A stretch of 64,000 nucleotides of DNA, from the NCBI GenBank assembly GCA_024650005.2, contig CP122380.1:480001-544000 (forward strand), in the 5' to 3' direction. The notes under the pieces were generated by a model, which saw nothing but the letters and a program-made list of their open reading frames with translations, was not told the origin of the DNA and did not search any database. Below, piece by piece: positions 51,955-61,814 of the stretch. Position 1 is the stretch's first letter. The number at the start of each line of letters is the position of its first letter. A program made the translations under genes and the position numbers. This DNA is from Candidatus Bathyarchaeum tardum. Lineage in GTDB: Archaea > Thermoproteota > Bathyarchaeia > Bathyarchaeales > Bathyarchaeaceae.

Positions 51955-52449
51955 ATTTCAACCAAAACTGGAGAGTCCGACGTTCAAGTCAAGGTAGATA
52001 TTCTAGGTTTGCGAGCCGTTAGGCTAAAGGACCGTGTGGACGATTCCCAGTTGCATTTTGATGTTAACGCAAAAATGGAAGAAAAAGACAGGCGAAGCGG
52101 CAAACGAGTTGTTGGGTTCGTTTTGACTGTTGGCACAAAACCCAGTATCGCAAAGTTTGAGGTTGAAGGACTTGCTACTCTTGAGGGAAAAAACCCCGAT
52201 ATCGACAAATTACTGGAAGTAAATCCGAAAACCCGTATTCCATTATTGCTTAATCGGGTGTATCAGCAGGTTTTCACTTCAACTTATTTGATGGCAAATA
52301 TTTTGGATACTTCATATCCTCCTCCAGATATGCTTGCCGCTGGTGAGCTCAACAGCTCAGGTGTAAATGGAAACGTAGAATTAGGTAACAACGAAGAAGC
52401 ACCTGCAGAAAAACCTAAAGAAAAGAAGAAAAAAAGCAAAAAACGTTAA
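51955..52449 (+). CDS. Hypothetical protein, SecB-like alpha/beta pattern; start uncertain
   Basis: Alternating beta strands (FDVNAKM, VGFVLTV, FEVEGLATL) then helix and YPPP; frame open from 51940. Confidence 0.6.
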   Translation: MSTKTGESDVQVKVDILGLRAVRLKDRVDDSQLHFDVNAKMEEKDRRSGKRVVGFVLTVGTKPSIAKFEVEGLATLEGKNPDIDKLLEVNPKTRIPLLLNRVYQQVFTSTYLMANILDTSYPPPDMLAAGELNSSGVNGNVELGNNEEAPAEKPKEKKKKSKKR

Positions 52450-52529
52450 ACAAAATGTGGGTAAGACAAGGACTAGCATAGTTGATTGTTGTTCAGAAAA
52501 AAGAAAAAAACATTTTTGAAGGCTAGATT

Positions 52530-53080
52530 TTTTACCATATTTTTTTCTGATTTTTGATTCAATGAAGTATGCAGTGGGTACCATGTAAATTACAACGATT
52601 ATGTCATAAGGAATCATTAACGGGAAAAATGCAATGATTTCATTTGTTGGGAAATTAAACACCAGTTTGAATCAAACATAAACTACCTGAAGCATTATGG
52701 TAGTTCTGGTTACTATTGCAATAATTGTGGAAATAATCACTTCTTTAGTTTTTGAGGTTTTTGTGAGCTGAAATGAAGATTACCACTTAATTTTTGACCA
52801 AAAACACCCGTCAAAGTAGATAAAGATGAAATAAAATGTGCAGCAGGGTTATTGAATCCACGGTTAGGTATAAGATGCGAAGAGAAAAACTCCTGTTATT
52901 CTGGCAATAAAAGGTGAGTATTATAATCTCATTAGGAGAAAAACGACTAATATGGGTATTTTACAGCATAGGAGCATAATCTTGGAAAAGATGGAAGACC
53001 TAGTCTTGGAACGCTGGGATTAAGAACTATTGTCAATGCAGCAAAAACAATTACCAAAGTAATCTTTTTGGATTCTAACT
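52530..53080 (-). pseudogene. Degraded ECF S-component-like membrane protein gene
   Basis: Minus-strand fragments ESKKITLVIVFAALTIVLNP..., KEVIISTIIAIVTRTTIM...*, IIAFFPLMIPYDIIVVIYMVPTAY broken by stops and frameshifts. Confidence 0.6.
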
Positions 53081-53270
53081 TATCGTTTTAACTTTTAAAT
53101 TGATGTTGTATAAATTATTAATTGATATTCTTGCCTTTTTTCATCGTTTAGGATAAAGTTATGTTTTTATTTTACATTATTTTTTATAAATATTATATGT
53201 TTAAGAAATAAATTGAAGTAAAACTTGTCTTTTACTATATTTTATGGCGTTTTTAGGGTAAATCTGGTGC

Positions 53271-53288
53271 CAAATTTTATATACATTT
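53271..53288 (+). promoter_or_regulatory. Putative BRE/TATA promoter of beta-propeller gene 2
   Basis: CAAATTTTATATACATTT; TTATATACATTT 48 nt before the ATG, as for paralog 1. Confidence 0.7.
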
Positions 53289-53324
53289 TGTAACAATTAG
53301 GATTCCATAATTGAAGGGAAAAAA

Positions 53325-55865
53325 ATGGAAAAACAAACAAGAAAAATTAAAATAGATTCTGTCTTGTTGCTTGCAATACTGACGATATCATCTCTTGCTG
53401 TATTTTTATCCAGTGCGATTGCCCAAGAAACACCAACAATGCAGTCTTATCCATTTATTGGAGCTGTTCCAAATCCTGTACAAGTAAATCAAATGTTACT
53501 ATTTCACGTGGGAATTTCACAACAACTTAGTTCCACAGCAATGGGTTGGACTGACTTAAGCATAACCATAGAAAGACCCGATGGTGAAACTGACATAATA
53601 ACTGACATCCGAACTGACTCGACCGGAGGAACTGGTGTAGTATATGTGCCTCCAGTTGTTGGAACTTACACTGCACAACTTCATTTTCCAGATCAAGAAA
53701 TTACATCAGACAGAACCACTCCAGGACTGCCTGTTGGAGGAATTATGCTAGGCAGTGACAGCGAAGTAATAGAATTTGTTGTTCAAGATGACCCCATTAG
53801 CTATTATCCTGGTCAACCGCTTCCAGATGAATACTGGACACGACCAGTAAACGGTCAACTTTACGAATGGTCAAATATTCTGGGAGATTGGGTAAAACCA
53901 GCTGGAAGTTACTACATGCCCCCCATTGCAAAATACCATGCTGGAAACGCAGACTTTCCTGAAACTGCCCACATCCTTTGGACGAAAGTATACACTCAAG
54001 GCGGTCTGGGCAACGCTGAACTCGGAAATGTGCAATATGAAATGGGCGATGCTTACGAATACAAATTCATTGGATCAGTAATCCTTGGTGGAGTATTATA
54101 CTATAACGCATATGAAGCTCGAGGAACAAACCCTGAACTAGAGCAACAAGTTGTTGCTGTTGACATTAAAACTGGTGAAGAACTCTGGAGAAAAACCTTG
54201 GGTAACAATGAAAGATTAGCCTATGGGCAATCTTTCCACTGGGACTCATACAACTATCACGGAATTTTCGGATACCTTTGGACTGCAACTCCAGATAACA
54301 GTGCTGGTTTTGCACCGCTAAACGTTCCTCAAACATTGAAAGCTTATGATCCACAATCAGGACGCTGGGAATACACCATAGAAAATGTGCCCCCAGGTGA
54401 GACAATTTACGGTCCAAAAGGCGAAATGTACAGATACACTGTAAACTTGAGGAATGGTTGGATGACTCTTTGGAACTCAAGTCGAACAGTTTCCGTGTCT
54501 GGAAGCTGGAGACCCCAAGGAAACACCTATGACGCAGCTAGGGGAATTGAATGGAACGTAACAATACCCACAGACTTGCCTGGATCTGTTGCAATGACAT
54601 TCTTCAATGACCGAATACACGGAAGCCAAGCTAACAGCCTCTTTGGATGGTCACAACAAGATGTAACTTCATGGGCTATTGATGTTTCACCCGGCAATGA
54701 AGGTGAATTAATATTCAAAAAAACTGTTACGATGCCTGAACCTGATATGACCCTAGTTTGGTGTGACGCAATGCTTGATGATAACCGATTCATCATATCT
54801 GCAAAAGAAAACCGAAGATATTATGCATTCGATTTAACTACAGGTGATTTGGTTTGGACTAGTGAACCAGAACAATACTTGGCTTTCTACGACAAGTGGT
54901 ATGGTCCTGCATATGGTTATGGCAAATTCTTCACTGGTCGTGTAAGCGGAATTGTAACATGTTATGATCTTGAAACTGGCAATGTTGACTGGACATACAA
55001 TGTTGCAGATAACTTGGCAGAAGTAACATGGAGTAACAACTTCCCAATCGAGTATCACTTCATTGCGGACGGAAAAATCTGTTTATCTTACGGTGAGCAT
55101 TCGCCAATTAATCCTCTTCCACGAGGTGGACCTATGGTTGTCCTAGATATTGAAACAGGAGAAAAAATCTGGGAAATCAGTTGGGTAAACAACTGGTGGG
55201 GCGGACACACTTTGATTGGTGACAGTACCATCGTAGGGTTAAACGGTTATGACAACAGAATATATAGTATCGGCAAAGGACCGTCTGAAATTACAATTGA
55301 ATCGCCTCTGATGGGTTTAGCTCTTGGTTCAAGTGTTACCTTACGCGGTAGAGTTACTGACATTTCACCCGGCACGCAAGATTATGCAATTTCCGCGCGC
55401 TTCCCCAATGGCGTTCCAGTAGTAGCTGACGAAGACATGACTGCTTGGATGGAATATGTTTACATGCAATTTGGTCGACCAGCTGACGTAAATGGTGTTC
55501 CAGTGAAAATTGAAATCGTTGACCCTAATGGTCATTACGAATGGATTGGAACTGCAACAACTGATGTTTACGGCAACTACGGTTATTCATTTAGGCCCCA
55601 AGTTGAAGGTCAATACATGATTATAGCCACTTTCGAAGGCTCCGCTTCATACTTCGGCTCAACGTCAACAACATACTTCACTGTAGATCCAGCTCCTACA
55701 CCTGCTGCACCTATTGAACCTGAAGAACCTGAAACCCCTGTAGCACCTATTGAACCAACCCAACCAGAAGCACCATTGATCACCACTGAAATTGCAATCA
55801 TCATAGCAGTTGCCGTTGTCGCAGTAATCGGCGTAGCCGCATACTGGATGCTAAAACGCAAATAA
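53325..55865 (+). CDS. PQQ-like beta-propeller repeat surface protein (second paralog)
   Basis: Same architecture and motifs as 21690..24263 (PNPV, TDSTGG, TGEELW, EHSP, GVPVVADE, Pro linker, TM, KRK). Confidence 0.85.
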   Translation: MEKQTRKIKIDSVLLLAILTISSLAVFLSSAIAQETPTMQSYPFIGAVPNPVQVNQMLLFHVGISQQLSSTAMGWTDLSITIERPDGETDIITDIRTDSTGGTGVVYVPPVVGTYTAQLHFPDQEITSDRTTPGLPVGGIMLGSDSEVIEFVVQDDPISYYPGQPLPDEYWTRPVNGQLYEWSNILGDWVKPAGSYYMPPIAKYHAGNADFPETAHILWTKVYTQGGLGNAELGNVQYEMGDAYEYKFIGSVILGGVLYYNAYEARGTNPELEQQVVAVDIKTGEELWRKTLGNNERLAYGQSFHWDSYNYHGIFGYLWTATPDNSAGFAPLNVPQTLKAYDPQSGRWEYTIENVPPGETIYGPKGEMYRYTVNLRNGWMTLWNSSRTVSVSGSWRPQGNTYDAARGIEWNVTIPTDLPGSVAMTFFNDRIHGSQANSLFGWSQQDVTSWAIDVSPGNEGELIFKKTVTMPEPDMTLVWCDAMLDDNRFIISAKENRRYYAFDLTTGDLVWTSEPEQYLAFYDKWYGPAYGYGKFFTGRVSGIVTCYDLETGNVDWTYNVADNLAEVTWSNNFPIEYHFIADGKICLSYGEHSPINPLPRGGPMVVLDIETGEKIWEISWVNNWWGGHTLIGDSTIVGLNGYDNRIYSIGKGPSEITIESPLMGLALGSSVTLRGRVTDISPGTQDYAISARFPNGVPVVADEDMTAWMEYVYMQFGRPADVNGVPVKIEIVDPNGHYEWIGTATTDVYGNYGYSFRPQVEGQYMIIATFEGSASYFGSTSTTYFTVDPAPTPAAPIEPEEPETPVAPIEPTQPEAPLITTEIAIIIAVAVVAVIGVAAYWMLKRK

Positions 55866-55903
55866 ACCAAACATCCCCTCCCTCTTTTTTGGGAAAATCC
55901 ATT

Positions 55904-56029
55904 GGAAGAAACGGGGCTGAAAAGGCTCAAGCACAAAATTGAAAAACTAACCTTAAGCGATAGTAGTAGGTTTTTTTCATTTTTCTTCCTCTATTGCCTG
56001 TGCAAGGGTCTCAGCAAGCCCGTTTTTTC
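55904..56029 (+). ncRNA. Conserved structured RNA element with canonical bulge-helix-bulge (copy 2)
   Basis: AAACGGG-GCUG-AAA-AGGCUC...GGGUCU-CAGC-AAG-CCCGUUU. Confidence 0.7.
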
Positions 56030-56112
56030 ATTTTATTTTTTTGTATATGATTACAAAAGTAAAGAATCCTAATGCAAAAACGCCTATTTAGTTAATCCAT
56101 TACGTGAATGTG

Positions 56113-56877
56113 TTACTGCTTCTTTTTTGCGTACCATTGAACTTGAATTTGATAGTTTGCACTTCTTGTAGGTTTACAGTTTCCTTTTCCACTGAATTTA
56201 GCATAAATTTCTACTGTGTCATCCCACCAATCTAGTTGGGTTGCTTTCCATTGAATACTGAAATATCCATCTGTATCTGTTACTCCCGAAGTTAAGACAC
56301 TGTCCCCGAAAAATGATCTGTCGTGTTCCAAAATTTTTATAGTGCTGTTTTGTATTCCTTTGCCTGTTTGACTGTTAATTAGCCAACCTTCAAAAGTAAC
56401 AGTAGAACCTGATTCAACAACATTGGGCGGAGACATCATTGCAATGCCTGTTTGTTCGATTGCTTCGCATTGTTTTTCAGGTTTTTCTATACTTTCCTCA
56501 GTTTTGGTGGTTGTTAAATCTTCTATGTCAGCATCGCAACTTTTCTTTACAGCTTCAATTCCTTTTTTGCAGCCTTGTTTGCTGTTGTATCCTTCGCTTG
56601 AGCCAATAATTTCTCCATTTGCTGCAATCAAATTAAATCGGAACTTAAAGTTGGTGTCAACAATAATTTCGTATTTCGGGTTTGGAATATTTTTTGTTTC
56701 AACGGTTTTGTCTTGTATTTCAGACTGACAATTCTTTTGTATGGATTTAATTCCAGTTATAACTCCTGATTTGTTTTCGTATGCTTCACTGACAACGATA
56801 ATCTTGTTGTTAATGCCACGAAGTCTGAATCGATATTTTCCTGAAACATCTTTGTAGACTTGGTATCTCGCTTTCAA
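56113..56877 (-). CDS. Tandem DUF1508 (YegP/UPF0339) protein fused to an Ig-like domain
   Basis: Two repeats GKYRFRL..N..I..SEAY..K..GIKSI / FRFNLIAANGEIIGSSEGY..K..C.KGIEAV, then a beta-sandwich with TDTDGYF. Confidence 0.85.
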   Translation of the reverse strand: MKARYQVYKDVSGKYRFRLRGINNKIIVVSEAYENKSGVITGIKSIQKNCQSEIQDKTVETKNIPNPKYEIIVDTNFKFRFNLIAANGEIIGSSEGYNSKQGCKKGIEAVKKSCDADIEDLTTTKTEESIEKPEKQCEAIEQTGIAMMSPPNVVESGSTVTFEGWLINSQTGKGIQNSTIKILEHDRSFFGDSVLTSGVTDTDGYFSIQWKATQLDWWDDTVEIYAKFSGKGNCKPTRSANYQIQVQWYAKKKQ

Positions 56878-57018
56878 TTTTCTCTCCCTTCTTCAAAATT
56901 GCCGATTTGACCGTATAAGGTTTGGGATGAACGTATCAATTAAGCTAAAAAAAATGTGTTGGTTTAGCTTTTTTACTAACTTAGAATTTAGGAAAAAAAG
57001 CTTAGATTATTTTGGTTT

Positions 57019-57477
57019 TTATTTTTTCAATGTAAGAAGGCTTGAGTACATATTTAGGGGCCAGCTGTTGTATGCTTTTTTGATTTGTATATGAAATTCT
57101 TTGATTCCTTCTATTTTGCTGAGTTCATCATGTGTTTGGGATAGATGGTCCAAGTCTTTGAAAGGAACTATTGCTGTAAGTTCAAAGGGTCCGTAATGTT
57201 TCAAGGCTACGATAACGTTTTGGGTGTTGCATATTTTTTTAAAAATTTCATCTAGATTATGTTTATATGAAATTTTGATTCTAAATATTGCTTGACCAAT
57301 ATATCCCAGTTTTTCCAAGTTCAAACTTATGGTTGAATGGGGTAGCATATCTTTCATTTTTTTGTATCTGTTAATCACTTTTTTAGTGGAAATCCCGAGT
57401 TCCTCAGCAATTTGTGAAAATGGCATTCGAGCATTGTTTGTTAGTATTTGTGCAATTTTTAGGTCGGTTTCGTCCAA
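57019..57477 (-). CDS. Lrp/AsnC-family regulator
   Basis: DETDLKI..L..NARMPFSQIAEELGIS. Confidence 0.9.
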   Translation of the reverse strand: MDETDLKIAQILTNNARMPFSQIAEELGISTKKVINRYKKMKDMLPHSTISLNLEKLGYIGQAIFRIKISYKHNLDEIFKKICNTQNVIVALKHYGPFELTAIVPFKDLDHLSQTHDELSKIEGIKEFHIQIKKAYNSWPLNMYSSLLTLKK

Positions 57478-57957
57478 TTATGTTTCCTCATATTCTTCGA
57501 TTACAAGGTTTTTTGGGTGGTCTACTCTTCCCATGTCCCAGGCAATAAGGGCGTTTGCGTTTACAACATTTGGGTTAGTTCGAATGTATGCTATTGTTTT
57601 GTTTATTTGTTCAACGTGTTCAAGAGCTATAACAACCGTTAGATTATAGGTACCAATTTCTGGAAGTATATTAACAAGGTTGGGAGTGTTTTTCAGAAAA
57701 TCATAAACACTTTGAATTTTATTTGCACAAGCTTGTATGGGTATAAACGCGATGTAGTTGTATCCTAAATATTTTGGGTTAATTTGGGTAATTTCTCCTG
57801 TTATGACTCCTTCTTCTTTAAGGCGGTCAATTCTGAATTTGATGCTGTTGCTGGATATGCCGCATTCTTTTGCAATATCAACATAAGGTGTACGTGCATC
57901 GTTTAACAACGCTTTCATAATGACTATGTCTATTCTGTCAATCTTTGGTCGTTTCAC
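57478..57957 (-). CDS. Lrp/AsnC-family regulator
   Basis: DRIDIVIMKALLNDARTPYVDIAKECGIS...RIDRLKEEGVI. Confidence 0.9.
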   Translation of the reverse strand: MKRPKIDRIDIVIMKALLNDARTPYVDIAKECGISSNSIKFRIDRLKEEGVITGEITQINPKYLGYNYIAFIPIQACANKIQSVYDFLKNTPNLVNILPEIGTYNLTVVIALEHVEQINKTIAYIRTNPNVVNANALIAWDMGRVDHPKNLVIEEYEET

Positions 57958-58057
57958 AATGTTATGCCCATTTTACAGAACTATGCTCAACAGTAATATC
58001 TTTTGCTGCATTCCATCTTTTATTTATTTACTGTAATAGTTTGAAGGAGCTTTTGAC

Positions 58058-58503
58058 ATGAAACTCTTTCATGAATGTATGCAAGAATATCGAAAACAAG
58101 TGCAGAAAGGCGCCATTACCGAAGCATATCGGGGATTAATGGATTACTTTAACAGTTTACGTCTTTATTTTAAGAAAATATATCCTGACTATTCTGTATC
58201 TGGAACTGTTTAATATGGGTACATGGATATGACCTATTTTTCCGTCATTCCTGAGAGTTTGAAGCATGCCTAGCAGGGTTAAACAAGGGGATTCAAACAA
58301 AATATTGGACAATAGTCAAAGAGAGTAACTGGAAAAAATATAACATTCCATCAACAACCAAAGGTGTTGACTCAATCATCGAATACGTTCTAGTTGACAA
58401 TCCAGATTTCAGTAACTTGGAAAAGTTAACAAAGCAAATAGAACACAAAACATTAGATTTTATCAAGGATATTGAAAATTTTCTATCAAAGCATTCGGGC
58501 TGA
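58058..58503 (+). pseudogene. Pseudogene of a conserved hypothetical protein (DUF7000-like)
   Basis: MKLFHECMQEYRKQVQKGAITEAYRGLM..SGTV, in-frame TAA at 58211, YGYMDMTYF.., then a frameshift/deletion to LAGLNKGIQTKYW...GVDSIIEYVLVDNPDF. Confidence 0.7.
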
Positions 58504-58666
58504 TTTTTAGTCTGGGTTCAAAAATTTCTGAAAATAAACTGGTAATTTGGAAAATGTGTCAGAACTTGTCCGTATCCTTCATGTGATTTAGTAAACTGTT
58601 ATTTTTTTGATTTACAAAAAGCCCTAGAAATAAAGAATGAATAAACTTGCTCAGATTTTGCTTCTT

Positions 58667-58966
58667 TTATTTTTCTTCTGCGAATTCTTCTAGTTGTTGT
58701 TTGTTCAGGCCAATTCCTGGTTTAGAGTCTAATCTTTTGTAGATTTTTCTGTCCCTAAACCAAATTACTGTTGGATAGTATTCTATGGCATATTCTTTGC
58801 AAAGTTCAGGGCATTCAACTTTATCCACTTTTATGCAGTCTTTTGAGCAATTCTGGGAATACTCTTCAAAATGAGGCAAAAATCGCCTAGAAAAACCACA
58901 CCATGACGCATAAAACAAAACTAGTGCATCTTTCGAGTTTATTGTTTCTTGAAAATCTTTTTCCAT
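58667..58966 (-). CDS. Thioredoxin-fold protein (WCGFS, CxxS)
   Basis: VLFYASWCGFS, IEYYPTV cis-Pro motif. Confidence 0.85.
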   Translation of the reverse strand: MEKDFQETINSKDALVLFYASWCGFSRRFLPHFEEYSQNCSKDCIKVDKVECPELCKEYAIEYYPTVIWFRDRKIYKRLDSKPGIGLNKQQLEEFAEEK

Positions 58967-59083
58967 GATTGTTCATAAACCCCTAAAAATACTGCTGCAG
59001 TTTTTCAGATAAGTTTTCCGAAAAAACGGCATAGTGGATAACAAGAACTGTTCTTTAGAATGTAATAATAAAGAGAATGTTGT

Positions 59084-59401
59084 TTATTCTCTTTTTTCCA
59101 CGACTATTTTGCATTTTGTTGCAATGGCTGCGATTGTTCCTAGGGCTGCTAGCCATGGGGCGATTACGATTCCGATGACTCCGATGGTTGCTGGAATTTC
59201 TAGGAGTATTTCGCCTTTTTCGTTTTTTATGATTATTCGGGTGACGTTTCCCTCGTGAAGTAGTTCTTTCACGCGTTCAATAAGATTGTCTGAGTCTACT
59301 GAATATTCTTCACTGGTGATTTTTTCTACTTTGCTTCCACAAGAAGAGCAGAATACGTCATCTTCGTTTAGTTTTGTTCCACATTTTATACAATAAGACA
59401 T
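59084..59401 (-). CDS. Zinc-ribbon plus DUF4342 protein
   Basis: CIKCG..FCSSCG; VKELLHEGNVTRIIIK...LEIP. Confidence 0.85.
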   Translation of the reverse strand: MSYCIKCGTKLNEDDVFCSSCGSKVEKITSEEYSVDSDNLIERVKELLHEGNVTRIIIKNEKGEILLEIPATIGVIGIVIAPWLAALGTIAAIATKCKIVVEKRE

Positions 59402-59528
59402 AACCCTTTTACCCCCCATTTGCTCATCAAAATAATTAACGTGCAATTTCTTTTATCCCTTACGGTAACTACACGAAATTGTTCGCAAAGAATATCACTG
59501 CCCGTTTTGCTATGATACGAGAGAAAAA

Positions 59529-61607
59529 TTGCCCAGAATTTACGTTTGCAGAAAATGCCACAATAAATACTCAAGTGAAGAATTTGACCAAAACCGCTTC
59601 TGTCTAGATTGCGGAACCTTTCTGAGTCCTAGGGTTGTTTCTTCTCAAGATGTTCCTAAACGAACTTGTATAACTCCAGCCGTGGCAGTGCAAACCAAAG
59701 ATTCTGGTGACCCTTGGCTTCCAATAGGGTATGAAGTCCGCAAAGGACAAGTCGAATTTGTAAAAGAAGCAACCAAAGCCTTGGAGAATAACGAAGTTTT
59801 CATTGGCAGTGCACCCTGTGGAATTGGAAAATCTTTGGCTTCCCTTCTTAGCATTTTGCCTATGCTTGGGGATAACAAGTTGCTGATTAGTTTTAGAACG
59901 CGAAGTCAACTGCACATTTTTCTTAAAGAACTTCGGGGGCTAAAAAAAGCTCCCTTAACTGTATCTTTTTTCAGCAAACAAGATATGTGTCCCTTAACTC
60001 AAAAACGGGCTGGAACTTATTTTGATTTTTTGGAAGAGTGCAAACGCCTTAAAGAAAACTGTGAAACGTCAACTAAACCTTTCTGTAAATATTACTGGAA
60101 AACCCTGATGAGACGGCACGAAGCAGAGCGCCTAGCCATGGATTGTGCACGGAAAATTGTTGACCCTCAAACTGCTAGTTTCAAACTGGCCAAAGAAGGG
60201 TTTTGCGCTTACGAAGCTCTGAAAATGATTTTGAGCAAAGTCCAGATTTTTCTTGGAACTTATCATTATACTTTCAATTCTCCTGTTCGTAAATCGTTGC
60301 TGCAAAGTTGGGGGGTAGATCTTTCTGACGTTTATTTGATTGTGGATGAAGCCCACAATATTCCTGATTTTTCTCGAGATTTATTGTCTGACCGAATTAC
60401 CCAGTTTACGATAGAAAATGCCCTTAAAGAAACAGAAAATTTTGAACATGACGCCTCAGGTGACGTTCAAGACTTTCTTAACGTACTGGATGATGACGTC
60501 TTTAGGTACATCCAAAAAGATTTGGGAACTTCGAACCTCAAGCTCCTTGATCACCAAGATCTTGCGAAAAAATTCCAAGAATGGAGCGGAACCTCTAGCG
60601 AAAAAGCTGCAGAAATTTTTCATGAATACGGAGAATATGTAAAACAGGTACGACAAGAACAAGGATATGACCGAGTTTTCAGTTATACTCATCGTGTGGG
60701 AGATTTTGTAGAGAATTTCTTCCAGAAAACTGGAGAAAAATATGTTCATATGATCCAAAAAGAATGGGGTGACAGGATCTACCTTGGAGTAAAAAGTTTA
60801 GATGGCAGAGAAGTCACTGATCCCGTTTTGCGGGAAGCAAAAGGTAGCATTGTAATGAGTGGGTTTTTGTCTCCGCCAAAAGTTTACCGGGACTTGATTC
60901 TTTACAGTAAAAAAGGTGTGCACCTGAAAGAGTTTGATTCCCCTTTTCCTGCCGAGAATCGGCTTATTCTAGCAGCAAGTGATGTTTCCTCACGGTATGA
61001 ACAAAGAACTGATAGTATGCTCAAAAAATGTGCAGATTATATTGAAACGATTTCTTTGGCTAATCAGGGAAACATGGCAGTATTTTTTACCAGTTACTAT
61101 TTGATGAATTCGATTCTTTCCCAAACAGATTTGGGCCGAACAGTAATTGTGGAAGAGCGTAAAACTCGGCAAAAAGAAGTAATGGACAAACTTAACAGTT
61201 CACGAAACAACGTTTTGTTCGGAGTTATGGGGGGAAAATTCAGTGAAGGAATGGATTACCCAAACAACCTGTTAACCTGTGTGGTAACCGTGGGATTGCC
61301 TTATGCAACATGGAGTGTTTATCAAAAGGCTTTGATAGATTACTTTGATTACCAGTTCCCTGGAAATGGACGTGCTTACGCATATTTGACTCCTGCAATT
61401 TTTCGTTTAGTTCAAGCCTGTGGACGGGCTCACCGTTCAGCAGAAGACAAAGGATGCATCATAATGTTGGATGAACGGGTGAACCACTATAACATTAAGC
61501 AGTTGCTTCCTAGTTATTATCAAAAAGAAATGAAAACAGTAGCTAATCCGATGGAATGTGCAGAAAACGTAACTAGGTTTTGGAACAAACATAATAACTA
61601 TTGCTAG
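59529..61607 (+). CDS. XPD/Rad3/DinG-family Fe-S helicase with N-terminal zinc ribbon
   Basis: Q motif RKGQ, APCGIGKS, Fe-S Cys, DEAHN, GKFSEGMD, QACGRAHR. Confidence 0.92.
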   Translation: MPRIYVCRKCHNKYSSEEFDQNRFCLDCGTFLSPRVVSSQDVPKRTCITPAVAVQTKDSGDPWLPIGYEVRKGQVEFVKEATKALENNEVFIGSAPCGIGKSLASLLSILPMLGDNKLLISFRTRSQLHIFLKELRGLKKAPLTVSFFSKQDMCPLTQKRAGTYFDFLEECKRLKENCETSTKPFCKYYWKTLMRRHEAERLAMDCARKIVDPQTASFKLAKEGFCAYEALKMILSKVQIFLGTYHYTFNSPVRKSLLQSWGVDLSDVYLIVDEAHNIPDFSRDLLSDRITQFTIENALKETENFEHDASGDVQDFLNVLDDDVFRYIQKDLGTSNLKLLDHQDLAKKFQEWSGTSSEKAAEIFHEYGEYVKQVRQEQGYDRVFSYTHRVGDFVENFFQKTGEKYVHMIQKEWGDRIYLGVKSLDGREVTDPVLREAKGSIVMSGFLSPPKVYRDLILYSKKGVHLKEFDSPFPAENRLILAASDVSSRYEQRTDSMLKKCADYIETISLANQGNMAVFFTSYYLMNSILSQTDLGRTVIVEERKTRQKEVMDKLNSSRNNVLFGVMGGKFSEGMDYPNNLLTCVVTVGLPYATWSVYQKALIDYFDYQFPGNGRAYAYLTPAIFRLVQACGRAHRSAEDKGCIIMLDERVNHYNIKQLLPSYYQKEMKTVANPMECAENVTRFWNKHNNYC

Positions 61608-61814
61608 TTTGCCTAGGCTAAACCGTTACAAATGTGTAAGTGTGCGATTTTGCCATTTGGGTAACGGGGCATTCCAATTTTTTCCGCATTTTGCTGCTTT
61701 ACTGTGGTCATCGGAAGTGAGTTAATTTTATTATCTGGCTTTAGTTATGATATACCGTTGATTCCTTTAACAAACATTATTGGCGCCTGTCAAACTGTTG
61801 GGATTGATTAGAAC

